From: Trichoplax sp. H2
Taxonomy: Eukaryota
Assembly: GCA_003344405.1 (NCBI GenBank)
Contig: NOWV01000019.1
Coordinates: 434,001-498,000, forward strand
DNA length: 64,000 nt
Reading direction: 5' to 3'
Shown here: piece after piece, positions 18,501 to 32,050 of the stretch
Layout of the letters: every line of letters starts with the position of its first letter
Position numbering within the stretch: the stretch's first letter is position 1
Notes under the pieces: generated by a model
Told to the model about the DNA's origin: nothing
Databases searched by the model: none
Seen by the model: the letters and a program-made list of their open reading frames with translations, nothing else
Program-made: the position numbers and the translations under genes

Positions 18501-21500
18501 TATTGCCAATAGCACCGCTACAAATAATAAATAATGGTTTGAAGAAACGACTACCTGAACTGTATTTTACGGTATTACCAATTTTATTATATCAAGACTG
18601 AGCAACTATGTATGCTAAGAACTTAGATAGTACTTCGTGCAGCATAAGTGCGAAAACATTTATTATAAAGATGTACATAGTTGCACAATTTAATTCTAGG
18701 TAAATCTTTGCAATGATGGGATGTACTATATACGTATATACTCATATTTACCTGTTGATTGGCTTTCATCCTTCAGTTTCCGCAAGACATCTTGTACGTT
18801 GGTAAAATCTTCTTCAGTATCTAGCCATTCATTCAGGCGAGGTAGATATTTACCATCTTCTAACCTTTGCTGTGCCTTATCATTATACATTGCAGCTATG
18901 CTGTCATGACCACTATCATGACTAGTAATTGATGCTTTTGCACTAGCTGGTCTTAAAGCTCGGCTATAAGGTGATCTTCCACCTCCATGAACGCTAGCTC
19001 GGCTTTCTAAGCGTGCTTTGAGTAAGGGACTACTTTGTGGAGCACTTTGAGGACGATCATAAACAACTGGTCTTGCTGACATGCCACCTGTTTTAGGCAA
19101 TCCATCGCTATGGATACTAATATTGCTTGAATCATCATCTTCATCAACTTCATCAAATATATCAAAATTGTGTTCAGCACCGAATGTAATACGATTTGGG
19201 ATAATAATTTTCCTTTTACCCGATGATACGGAATAGTTATGACCATTAATGGTGCTAGTGCCATCGGTATCTTTGGCAGCATAGTCAGTAGTAATACTAT
19301 TGCTTGGTTTGTTAGATCGCTTCCAACCAATTCTAGGATATTCACTTAAATTGGTTGGGTTAATTCCATGCCGTTTTTGATGATAATGCTTATCTTCAAG
19401 TAAGGAATGCTTAACTCCAGCTTCGATATTATCCTTGTTCTGTACAAGTGTGGGTTGTTTTTTCATTCTGATTCGATTTTCTGGCTCATCTTTAATAATT
19501 ATGTATTAAAAAAAAATTAAATACTTAACCAATGCTGACAGATCCTCTTTAGTGATAGAGGAGAGAGTGCAAATGCTACAGTATTGATTTAGCTAGCAAC
19601 AATGCAAACTTCTATCATTTACCTTCCGGATAGGCAGGCCTGCCAGTACGCCATGACTGCAAGCTCTCATCATCTTGTTGGCCACTTAGACTATCAAATT
19701 CATTATCGAATAGCTGCAGACGATTATAACCAATTTGTTGTATTTTCTAAAAAAATAAAAATTATAATTGATCAGATTTAGACTAGAATTAAGTCAGGAT
19801 GATGTTGTCCTAAAATTTGGATCAAAGAATTCATGTGTTTTACTACTAATGCTGATAGATACCTTTGGACTTGCTGTCCCCATCGTGGCATGATGTCCTT
19901 CTGTTGAATTAAAAGGCAATGATTGTCCAGGAAAGGATCCATCATCTTGAAATAAGGATTGGATATTAATAACAGCAGGATTATGATTCTCACCATCACT
20001 GCTATTCAATGACACATTTAATCGATCGGTATCAAATTGCGTTCCTTCTGAGCTCTCGTAGTTGTATGATTCTACACGTCGAGCATTATTCATCGCATAG
20101 GGATATTTGGATTCTTTACTAGGTAATTGAGCAGTAAACCCCGAATCGATGGATTCACTATCATGACTGCGAGGATGGGGTGGAACTAAAGCAGTGACAT
20201 CTTGATTAACGGGGGAATTGGAGCCTCGTGTACTTGCGCTGACAATGGAAACATCTTGATTACCAGATGTTCCTCTAGTTAAATGAGCATGAATAATTAA
20301 TTTACTGATGAGTTTTTCCTTGTCCGAGCGATTCAATTGCTGATAAACAATTTTCGGCGGTTGGACTCGTTGTAAAGCAACTTGAAATTCATCTTCGCTA
20401 TCTTCATCTTCTACTTCTTGTTGGGTACGTTGTTTACGTCGACTTGGAGGTGTCGGTTTCCATGGAGATACTATTTCATCACGACCATCATCGGTGTCGA
20501 GAACGCATGCATGACTATAAGCAGCTACAGCAGGATCTTCACCACTACTAGCTTTGCTAGCTACCCGTGAATGCCTTAGTCGATTGATTTTAGGTAGTGC
20601 TTTAAATTTAGACCAAATTTGTTGGCGTATAACATCAATTTCTTGCTGATTATCAACTGCTCCGTAAGACAGATTATGATAAGATAGTCGGTCATGTCGA
20701 GCAGCTGATGGTTTGTCGGTAGGTGTTGCTTTTTTCTGCTGTACTGGATGGGGAAATTGGGGTTTAAAATGGTTCATGGACCAAAAGTTACCATAAACGG
20801 GTGGTCTGGGCTTGGTATTCTTAGCATAATTGCTCCATTTGTGCCTGTTTTCAATATTGTAATTAGGACACCAATTTTCTCTTACCATAGATTGGTTCGG
20901 GTCGTAGACATATTGATGTTTATAGGGATCTTCATATTGATGGTAGTGTGAGTGATAGTGACCCTAATCAAAAATAAATAAGCAGTGGATGTATAGGTGA
21001 GTTTATCGGTACTCAACAATTTTGTAAAATAGTTCGAAAATAGAGTAGCTATCGGTACTGCTAGTCTAATTATGGAAAAAATTTCATCGCTGAAGTATAG
21101 ATGATGGCGGATATAAAAATAGAATGCTGGTGCATGTGATCAATTCGTATACTATAGATTAATTTTATAAATATCGATAGAGATTTTATCGTCATAAATA
21201 AATGCAGGCATAAAGAAGAAATAAATTTGAAACACGGTGCCTTAATTTAGACTAATTCATGAATAAAGCGAATTTTTACTTTTAGGAGACTACTAGATAA
21301 GAATTCAACTTTATATTATGACATCCATTCATTTATTTCAGTGATACTAAGTTAAATAAGACTTATGCATTGACAGATAGCTAGCATCATAAGAACTTAC
21401 TTTTTGCCTTTGCTTACTAAAATCGAAAATGGAACGTTGCAATTCGCCGGTAGTTTTAATTCCAACGGGTTCAACGTCATGAAATCGGGGGACTCTACGA

Positions 21501-22551
21501 AATTGATCTTCATAATATCTGGTATGCGGTGGTGGTGGCGAAATATCCGATGAAAATAAATATAGAGCTCCTTTCTTGGTCATAAATGTCTTAGGCAGGT
21601 GCATAGATGCCTTCCTTGCTTTAGTGATTTTTCCTAATGGTCTTGACCTTCGGATACTTTTAGATGGATAAAAGTATGAGTGTGAATCTCGCGGATGTAA
21701 GACATCGTCTCGAATTTGATCCGTCTGTAAATTGGAAGTATAATTTATTTAATTTGATATATTTATATTAATTGCATTAAATATGTATGAGGGCTCTCGA
21801 TAGATTAAAAGTAATGAGCTAAAGTTTAGTTATTGTGGGATTGTTGAAGAAATTGAGATCTTAGGCCTATTTGAGCTTGACTATATAGGAAAGCATCGTG
21901 AAGATTTTTGGCAGTATAAGATTGACTAAATATAGTTATGATTGTTCAGTTCTCAGTAGAGAAAATTACTGGGCTATAGCAATGAGCAAAAACTAGGTAA
22001 GGGAACACGCATCATTTACTAGAGTTAAATTCGTTCAAAGTCTGTAGATGACATTCACTTTTCTTGATCTTTTATAGGAAACTTTGGAAAGATCTGGAAA
22101 GTGGATAGCTTGATTAAAAATTTCGTGATATTGTAGGCATGTTTTGTTATTAGGATGGGAAAGATTAAAACTTAGATAATTCATAATACTATGAGCTTAG
22201 AAAGCCATAAATTATATAGTTATTCAAGGACATGTTCTTATCCCACTTAGCGGTAGCAGCGTGCAAGAGCGTAATAATTATTATTTAAGGAATATCTTCC
22301 CTACGTTAGAATTTAAGCCATCAGATTGACTGTATTGATCAATTTAAAATTAAGTAAGAAATTTTAAATCTATTGGGGAGAGATTTTTTTTCAAATTCTT
22401 AAAAAAAAATATACATTACCTATTGAACTCTATCATAACTGAAAAGTTATTAATTAAAAGCTCTTCATTTGCTTTATCAACTTACAAATCGAGGATCTTG
22501 ACGATGAAAATCATTCCACGATGCATAACCTTGTGATACAGACGAAAACAT
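15538..22551 (-). CDS. KIAA2012: KIAA2012-like (DUF4670) protein with a long Glu/Arg/Lys-rich coiled-coil C-terminus; about 9 coding exons
   Basis: N-terminal LPKTFMTKKGALYLFS resembles the LPKTFSTRKGAL motif I recall from vertebrate KIAA2012. The C-terminal charged coiled coil ends in NVTRSFVFSYF, like the KIAA2012 tail. Minus-strand ORFs 15538-17076, 17246-17449, 17659-17949, 18051-18389, 18726-19466, 19794-20888 and 21347-21604 are flanked by splice signals. Candidate start MFSSVSQG at 22551. Confidence 0.72.
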
Positions 22552-25500
22552 GCTACCGGATGTCCACAATATAGGAGGAGGCAAATGGGGATATTTTGAA
22601 GGTTGTACAATTCGGCGTCTAGATTTTATGGTTTTAAAAAATGCAATTTAAAAATCAAGAATATTCTAATAAAATCTAGATTTTTCAATAAAAGAAAGCT
22701 TTAGTTATCGATATTATGAATAGAATAAGATAGTAAATATGATAGCAATATCGTTGATTGAATTTTGGAGCTCAATTGATCTCTGTAGTCCCTTATATTA
22801 CATAGAAAGGCCATCATAAACAGAGTGACTAAGATGTTATTATTTGCAGGCCGTATTATTTTCCATGAAACAAACTGATATCTTGTAACAATATTGCCTT
22901 GTTGGAGAGCATGCATTAAAATTAAACAGCAAGACATGTTGCTATAAAGAGATATGAGAATAGGTTCACTATTGGCTATGCCTATCCCTCCAATTTATAT
23001 AAAAGTTGTAAAGCAGAATGAATGTTATTCTAGTCTAGAGCTATTATCAACTGACACTAGAGTTAAATTCAATCAATTTAGATTCAGAATAGCTTTGTTT
23101 CACTAGAGATTACGAAGATTCGATAGTAAATATTTAATAAGAAAGAATTAAGACCAAGGATTGAATTCATAGTGATCACTACTTCATATAGTACAAGAAA
23201 CAAATTGAGTAATTAGATTAAGTTATATTGAATAGTGAGTTACTTGAAGGAATTAAGAAGTTGATAAATACGTGATTATTATGACTTTTATAGTGAATTT
23301 TATCGCATGAAAAGGTTTAAATGGGCAGGTTAAAATAGATATAGAAGCTATTAATTAAGATAAATAGATACACTGTAATAAAAGGCGTTGTCAAAAAATA
23401 GCGATATCACATTAGGAATAGCGTGACTAGCTAACTTCCATATACGCTACCGTGAAACTGAAAATATACGGAATGGTGTTACTTAGAGATGTGATATAAT
23501 TTACATGTATTTAAAAGAAAGTTTATAAGTTCTATGGAGGCTCTACAGTAATCTACAAAGGTACGTGGATGAAGATAAATTACGCCGTTTAACATTAAAT
23601 TTTATACTTGAAACGAAACGTCGTCATAAAGCGGTCAAATAAAGTTAGACACAAAATTTATGTAACTTTGTAATCGGGACCTAGATCAAGCTGAAAGCAA
23701 TCTTAAAAGCTTTCAGTGTCAGTAGATCTAATTCAGCGTCATTCAAACATCTCTTCTAGATGATCAACAACTAAACGTGAATTACCTCACTTCAACTCAA
23801 TCTTTTAATAGCTAAAAGCGATCTGAAAATTTAAATAGCTTAATATGGATAGAAGTGATGCTGCAAGTGATAAGGAATATCATCTAGATTTTTAGTCTGT
23901 AGTTGAAAGCCATCTTAAAAAAGTATAAAACGCAATCCTACGAGTACATACATTATGATAATTATGATCACAAGTAAATGCTCTATCTGCGATCGTCTGG
24001 AATATACTGGCTAAAATAATTTTTCGGATACCCAATTAAAGTTTAGCAATGATTAGTATCTACTGACTGGCATGAGGAAAATAAATTTCCATACGGTCAT
24101 TTAAAATCGTCCAACGATGGCCATTTTTGCTTACTCGCAGATATTCATATTGGCGTATGTTAATATTATATAGCAAACAACTAATTTAATTCGTAGATTA
24201 TTATTAGTATGATAAAAATATGGATTAATCGATAGAATATTTTTGTTAATAGAAATAAAGAGAACTAAAAGGCCAAAAGAAAATTATTGAAAAGCCTTAA
24301 TGAAATTATTAATGGAATAGAAGAAAACAATATAGTAAACAAAAAGGGATTTAACAGCAGGATATTTTCGTTGATGAATTCTAAGCTAAAAAAAGGCATT
24401 AGTTGGTAGTACACAGATCAAAACTTTGTAAGATCGAGACAAGTACTACCATTAAAATCTGTTGACGTAGGAATAAACCAACAGAGGTAATATGGAGAAA
24501 AAACATAACTGCACGAAATATCAATTGGATGTCATTTCATTATCGATATGTTGTCATTGAGATTTCTAAGAACAGTAGCAGTTTTTCGGCTTATATTAGA
24601 ATAGAAATAATAAATTGATAAGCTAGCGCAAATATTGGAAATCATTCTTCAATCTGATTAGAATAGGTGATGATCTGTTATTACTTTGATACGCTATAGA
24701 GTTACTACTAATCTTCATCATTGTATTTGAAGGAGGAAGAGATACGGTAGTTAAATTGAAAGAGATGTGATATAGATTGAATTCTGCCGTATACTTTTTA
24801 TAACCTAGAGTCTGATTATGCTACTAAATCAATTAGATAAAATTGATTTTAAACTCTAGCATCTCTATCTCGGACAATAAATTAGTAAGAGTAACATGAG
24901 CACGACTATTTCAGGCTTTTTTGTATATCATGTTGTGAATTTTGTCGAGTTAGTGCGTCAATATTGCTTGGATTGATTGCTAAACTACTTCAGCAAAAAA
25001 CTCATTCATTAAAGTCTGCTATGGCAATATTTTCATCTACTTGTTAGATAGATTTAGGGGCATGGAAATGATTGAAATAATTATCATGGTTATTTTACTA
25101 AGAGTAGAACTCAAGAGGTATTCCAAATGCGCTTACTATAACGAAAATTGAAATAAAGTAGGTATGGAGTATTTAACTGTAATTCTGTTGCGATCGGCAA
25201 CGTATCGAGGAATTTTCGGAACTTTATTATGAAAGATCGAAAACAAAGTTTGCGTTATCAATATCATAAAATTGCATGTTTCCCAAAAAAATTAACGAAA
25301 ATTGCTGATGGTAAAACATTTTAAATGTGAAGGAACCAAAGGCATAAAAGAGGCGAGATCAAATAATTCCGAAAAATTCTTGTTTAAGTATAAGGTTATA
25401 TGGATCTTATTGCTACTGGCAAAGCACTTAATAGCTAAGAAAATGTTTATCGCTCAACATAGGTAATGAAAAATAGTTCAATGATGACATAATGAGCAAG

Positions 25501-26841
25501 TTTTGAAAGTATCGTTTAAAATTATAAGTGTAAACCTGGAGACTTTGAGAAATTCTTTCAAAGCGATTTATAGCTTTATATTTTGGCGTGCTTTAGGGTT
25601 GATTCGGTTGAAATAGTAGGAAAGAATTGATTAAATTTTAGGAAGAATTACGCACCTAAAGGATGCTTCACCTGGTGAAATAATGAATATTATCTAATGA
25701 TAGACGAGTTTTTGAGATGTGAGTTTTCTTACTTATTGTAGCTAATCTATATTGTAAATACTATATATTGAATATTGAATACTGTAGGCTTATAATAATT
25801 TTATAGTTCCTGGCAAATTATTGGAATCTGTAATAATTAGGTTACGGAAAGAAAACTAAAAATATAATTGATCGAAATATGCTTCTTTACAAAGATGTAC
25901 GGTGAAATGGATGCAAGTAATTAAGCCGTGATATTAAGAATGTTTATGGTTGCTATCAGTTAACATCAGAACTGGAAAATATTTAGTAATAAACTAATGG
26001 TGATTATTTTAAATAAAGTTACGTTCTATTATAAAGTAGAAGTAGCGAAAAAAGGATGATAAATGTATTTACTTTCTACTTAATTTTCTCATAAAATCAG
26101 GCAATGGCGGCGGTGATGGTAGTGTTCCAGCCATAGTGTAGGCAATCATCGGATAAATTATAATATTGAATAGCAGTGTATTAAATAGTTTAAGGCAGTC
26201 ATACAGATTATCGGAAGTAAGTTAGTAATTAAATTAACGATATTCTTGATGATTGTATGACAGTTATAAAAGATAGTCTATTCAAGATTGGCCAATTTTA
26301 CTTGACTCGATTAACTTAAAGAACAAAGTGAATAATTTTTTCCCTCATATTAACAATTTAACTCTTAATTGTTACATTAACAATTTATAACATGAAACAA
26401 AGTAAGAATGATTGTCATAATAGGTAGAATAGCGATCATTTTCTATTTTATAGAGTTTCAGTCATTAGATAGAAGTATAAACTAGATGATGACATGGAAG
26501 AGAGCTGTCATCATGCTCGAATGATCTGGACCATGATGGCCTTCATTGCAGCTGAACAAAGCAGATGGACTGCCATAAAAGTCATGAAAAAAAATGCAAT
26601 GTGTTGAACTTACCTAAATAATAATAAGATCGGGTCAATTGATTGTGATCTATTCTGTATAGGAATAATCGAAGCTAGTAATTGCGAATTATTCGATCAA
26701 TTATCGATCCATTTCTTTCTTGCGTGTTTTTAAATTGAATCAATTTGGGGAACTATCGCCATTTTAATTTATGTAGTATACTAGTTAGAACAAGAATTTA
26801 CGTCTGCAAATTATCTTCAAAGCGTCAATGTTTCTAAACTA

Positions 26842-26872
26842 GTTACCATGGTAATTAATCAACCATGGTAAT
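26842..26872. promoter_or_regulatory. Putative RFX X-box (GTTACCATGGTAAT, 26842-26855) plus an adjacent partial copy (AACCATGGTAAT, 26861-26872)
   Basis: One mismatch from the palindromic X-box consensus GTTNCCATGGNAAC. It lies ~230 bp upstream of a strong minus-strand donor (ag|gtaagt, exon end 26614) that could close a non-coding first exon of the KIAA2012-like gene. Confidence 0.55.
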
Positions 26873-28343
26873 GAGATGGTGTCAAGAAACATGGGACCCT
26901 AAACGATTACGATTGGATACAACTATTTCTATACTATTTAATTTACGCATACATAACGGTCATTAAATAAACAATAGAATACAATAGCCATTAGATCTAT
27001 CTATTATTTGAAGATCATTATCTCAGTTATATTCTTCATTATGATAGTGATCTTATTGTGATATTAAAAGAGATGCAAGTGATGCAGTCATGATCTATAT
27101 GCAACGCACAATTTCATTGGTAGGCTTGATACGTAATTTTTTAAATTGTTTATCCAGTTTCTTTTATGACTGAAGCCTTGTCTGAGTAGATCTTGGCAAT
27201 TACTATGCTCTATGATAATAAAATGCTACTGCCAAAGATTTATATGTGTTACTATAGACTGCGACTAGAACGACAACAATATTTAAGTATTGTCAATGCA
27301 TTTAAGAGTAACTTTAGCCAGCGAACTATTGCGCTTTGTACTTACCATAAATGAATAATAATATACATTCAATCAATTTTCTACTGACAGAGTAGGATGT
27401 GATGAGTAAATTGGGAATTAAAATTTAAGGCTGTTAATGATTTACCAAGATATTCAAATAGATAATTGCATATAACCTTAGCCTCTCGAACTATCATATG
27501 CTACATTTACTACTAGGGTACATTTGTTTTTCCTAGTGATAATGAAATACCCTAGCGATTAAATTATAGATCACAAAGTAATCATAATAGCTAGCATCGT
27601 AAAATTGATCCTGGCATCGCATACATGAGAGATCGTACAAGCGTTTTCATAGCATATTGCCGCAATTCAGCGAATTTCAGGATTGGGTAATATATTTGCT
27701 GAGGTTAAGACTTTAAATTATACAGTATATTGAAAGGTTGTTAAACAACTTGGTAAGAAGAATTTACAAGAAAAGCCTTTGCATAATGTATAAACGATTT
27801 TCAAAGAAAAGTATTCTCTATTTCTTTATTATAGGCAGATTAGATCAGATTAAAGTACATTAAGATACGAATATTTTAGAAAAATTTTAAGATATAGTGT
27901 ATAAGATCAGCTCATTCGAAGGCTACAACACAGATGCCATTCTTTATTTTGACAGAAGGTGCATTAGTTAAAAAGTCGAGAAATAAAAGAGGTTCTCTAT
28001 GATTAGAATTTTAATCAGTAGTCTTATTAGACATAGGCCTATTACCGTTGTAGCAAATAAAAGCACAATTCCTGTACCGTAGTACTTGTACTTGCCCAAA
28101 ATACAAAATTGCGTAGCATAAGTTCTAAAATTAAATCTGTGTTTATCTCAGGCTGGCGCACATTGGCATTGCTATAATCTCAAATCAGTGATCTTATTAA
28201 ATAATTATACGATAAAGTTGTGCAAGGATAATGAAAAATATGTTAAAACTTAACTTGAATCATCACCTAGAGCTATATTCGAAACATCTAAACACCAGTT
28301 ACGCGCATTTTATAGATTAATGGCTTTAACAAAAGTATCTGAT

Positions 28344-31281
28344 TTATGGCTTAGAACAAAGCTGATGTATTGCAGTTAAGGTATCTACAACTTGCCGCTG
28401 ATTACCTGATGATTCGCCATCAATTAAGGTATGACTGCAAAAATAGATAGAAGATAATCTTAGAAAATTAATAGTTTCAAAGTTTTAAAAGCATCTGTGT
28501 TGATAATAAATTATAGTGACTTACATTATTCGTAAATGGATATCACCATTTATATTGTCAAAAGCTTTAGTACAGCTGAATTGTTCACACTTTTTATTTA
28601 AGAATTTCAAAGATTCTATCTTCAGCGGAGTAGCTAATTTATCAATGTTATCCCAGCGTAATAACTTAGAAATTTCATTACCAAAGCTGCAAATAATTGA
28701 TACGCATATTTACGCTTATGTTAATTAAGTAAACATTTGAAACCTGTGACTTCGTACTGTGTGTAAAAGTAATATAGTAGGATGATTCAGATACTAAGAG
28801 GTACCAAATAAAAAATAAAATTTAAGCGAAAGTACTTTTATATTTACATTTCGATTCTGCCATAATCTTGAAGAAGTAGAGCACTAACTGATCCATCATA
28901 TAATGAATCCACCATTGCAGTGTATAATGCAGAATTCGAGGTTGTAGGTTGTACCGTTAAGTTTTCCAGCGCACAAATATAAGCCCTATAGTAGCAGTCA
29001 GCTAAAGAAAATCGTCGTCGTGTTACCATATAATAAATATTGGTATCGATAAGTGAAATACTTAAGAAATCATTTTTGTAAATTAGCGTAGTTGGTATTT
29101 ATGAATAAGAATGAAAATTTTAAAAAATTTAGTTTCCAGTTTATGGCCTCATCAATGAACCTTATACTTTACCGGCAGAATGGGATTCTTGCAATGTTGT
29201 ATATAATCTAGCGGCTTGATTATATTCCGATACTGCGATACCAATTTGTTTGCTTAACTTGGCAGCATAAGCGGCTAAGAAGTGGTAGATAATAATCTTT
29301 TGTGGAAACTGTTGGTAAAAGCTAATAAGTATAGGAGAATCAATACGGTATACCCATGCATTACTAGTAGACATTTATCAAATTTATTTTATCATATTGA
29401 CACTGATTTAAATAGCCATTTTACATACACACAAATTTCCTGTAGGCCATGCAGTAGATTGCGATAAAATCGATTTTTATCATCAGCACTGGAAATTAGC
29501 GTAGAAAATACTTCAATCAAACTTTTATAAATTGCAAATAATTTGGGCTCAATCTTGAAAACATTACTAATTTCATAGCTTACAATGTCAACAAACTTTT
29601 ACTCTTTAGGAATATCGCATCAGCGCTATCATTACCTTTCGCTATCTGCCGTTCTCATCCATTTATTATACAAAGCTAAAGACGACATTTCTAATCCAGC
29701 CACAGAGTGTATAGTCTATTTATGTGTAGTTTCTCGAAATCAGAAAAATATTGAAGATATACGTACGACAGCTAGTATGCTATGTCCAGATAGTACGTCG
29801 TAATTATAAGTGCTATGCATGCAAAACGATTACTTATAGGCGATCTTCTTTGATTCCGATACTGCTGAGATTAAACTAACAACATTATTGAATTTGAAGA
29901 TTATTTTAGGACGCTATTTTCACAATTGGAAATATTGTGAGGCTAATGGTCCGCCTCATTACGTCCACAGCTCATCAAAATTGAAAATAATTCTGTATGT
30001 ACTTTGTTAGAATATACATTGCATACAAGGTATCATCTGCTAACTTGCCTCACAAATAAGATCAATATCTTCGGAACGGAAAAATAGAGATATCGACGTA
30101 TTGTAGTGATCTATTGCTTGAATTCGATCACGATTAAGGGCAAGGCGTGCTAAGTATAAGTAGGACTCAAAGAGTGTTTCTCTTAACTGTTCCTTTTCCT
30201 TAGGCAATATACTGGCTAAATTTCCCTCATTGCCATGTGCAGATGGATGCTCTTCAGAATTCTTACAGCCTGATCCTGGTAAATTACGCTCAGTTTCAGG
30301 CAGCTGACGAAGAGCTATTAATCGTTTCTTTATAAATTCAATCAATTTTCTGTACAGGAATATAGCATGATCTTGAGATCCATTGTCGTAAAAATCTAGG
30401 CAAGTAAGATACATAAAGGATTTACTTATCATACACAACTATAAATACGGGAAAATAATGACAACTTAGCGATAGTGATCAAGTTCTACAATACTGCTCT
30501 TTAATAAATTAGTAGTATAACCGTATTTGTTACTTTCGATGATACTGAATGAATAGCACGATTCTACCTATGTGTATTGTGTACTAGGTTTGGAGTAAGA
30601 CTATAATATAGCCAACTATAAAGATTTGATATTGTAGCACGCTATTTTGAAATATACCAGCAGCTGCTTTTCGTAAGATTGAAATTCCTTCTTGAGGTCG
30701 ATCTTGAATTCGATCTTGAACCTTATCAATTACGGTGGAAGGATCTAATACATAAGCATTGAGATTGACTTAAGACAGGTAATGTTGATCCAGTATTAAG
30801 CACAGTGACTAAAGTTTTCTTACAAAGCTGTATCAGTTAAGAATAACAGCATTATAACTGCTTTATCAAACGTAGTCATTTATTGATGCAAGCTATGGTT
30901 GTTACAAGAAGCAGCTAGTCATAACCAGATTGAAATGAATCGACCATCCTCTGGCATTGACTTCTATTGGTTGATTTCTCATCTCAAAGTCATGCTACTC
31001 TAGTCATAAGAGTGAGATCAGCCCATAAGCTGTCTATTCAACTAGACAATGCAACCGTTTTACAAATATAGAGCCTTACCATCCATGACGAATTTCATCG
31101 ATTCAGCATGCTTTGCATGATCTGTCACTAGCTGGGATTGCTGCAGTTCAAGTTGATGTCTATGCTTACTACTGGTAAGATGGCTATCCAAGGTGCCTTG
31201 ATTTTTGAACTTTTTACGACAAGTATGGCAATAATAAGGTGATACTGCTTGATTTTGTTGTGATTGCTCTTGGTTTGCCAT
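28344..31281 (-). CDS. Uncharacterised protein: N-terminal C2H2 (U1/matrin-type) zinc finger followed by an alpha-helical, TPR-like region; about 9 exons
   Basis: First exon reads YYCHTCRKKFKNQGTLDSHLTSSKH. Downstream exons join in phase (DPSTVIDKVQ..., DFYDNGSQDHAIFLYRKL..., TIHSVAGLE..., AYAAKLSKQIG..., DCYYRAYICALE..., FGNEISKLLRWD..., HTLIDGESS...SKP). Stop at 28344-28346. Confidence 0.75.
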
Positions 31282-31316
31282 AGTATCTTGAAATAAAACA
31301 AGTGATTCTTAAATAG

Positions 31317-32050
31317 TCAATACCCTTTGCACTCGCAGGTAGCTAAGATCCCTTCAGCAAGCCTTTCGTACCAAGTCTGCAGCACATTCAGCTCATCGCC
31401 ATGGCCACCCATAAGCAGTCCATTCTTAATCTTGAAACGTCTGCCTGATTGTAAGCTGAGCTCAAGTATTCTTCCAGGATTTGAAAACTGGATGCAATGT
31501 CGATTTGCTACTTCGCCAATCTCAATGCCAATACTCGAGCATATTATTAATGAATGAATTCATTTGAAATGGGGTAACCAAGGTAATTTGGAGATTTTAC
31601 CCAGACGGTGTTCGACGCTTGATGGGTGCTTCACCCTGTAGCTGCGTCAATCAAGTCATGTTTGCGTAGTTCTATAGCCAAGCGTTGTCAATTTGCAGTC
31701 AAGACAAGGCCAATGTAGCCATCCAGTTCGTATTGGTACCGGTACCATGGTGTTGCGTAGAGTCATCCATGATTTGTGATAGTGTGGATAGTATAGACGC
31801 GTAAACATGTCCTAGAATACTTGGGCTATGACTGGACATTGGAGAATCTCTCGATTGGCTCGCTTTTCTGCTGATGAAGAGAAGCCATTTCAGGAGCTAC
31901 TCCAGCACAATCTACTTAACCATCGCCATTATGGCAATGCTTTAGCATGAGCAAAGACACGTAAAATCATGCCTTTCCATGGATCCGAAATAGCCAGGAA
32001 TAAGGTTTGGATTTAGTTTTAGGAGTTGTTGCTCGTTTTGGGTCATAATA
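31317..32050 (-). CDS. Possible small unannotated spliced gene or relic with PH-domain-like motifs
   Basis: Segments 32050-31973, 31811-31746, 31635-31601 and 31533-31317 join in phase to give ...SWLFRIHGK-DMFTRLYYPHYHKSWMTLRNTM-GEAPIKRRTPSG-IGIEIGEVANRHCIQFSNPGRILELSLQS...DELNVLQTWYERLAEGI...stop. The model needs one GC donor and one GAG acceptor, and the start is unresolved. Confidence 0.35.

Noticed and set aside
18721..20951. Short ORFs 18721-18909, 19007-19345, 19778-19999, 20382-20570 and 20748-20951
   Set aside because: Antisense or alternate-frame shadows of the large KIAA2012-like exons.
31317..31533. Resemblance of the cryptic ORF to ribosomal protein uS3/MRPS24 or C10orf53
   Set aside because: Only scattered short matches (for example LLMGGHG); motif spacing does not fit either family.
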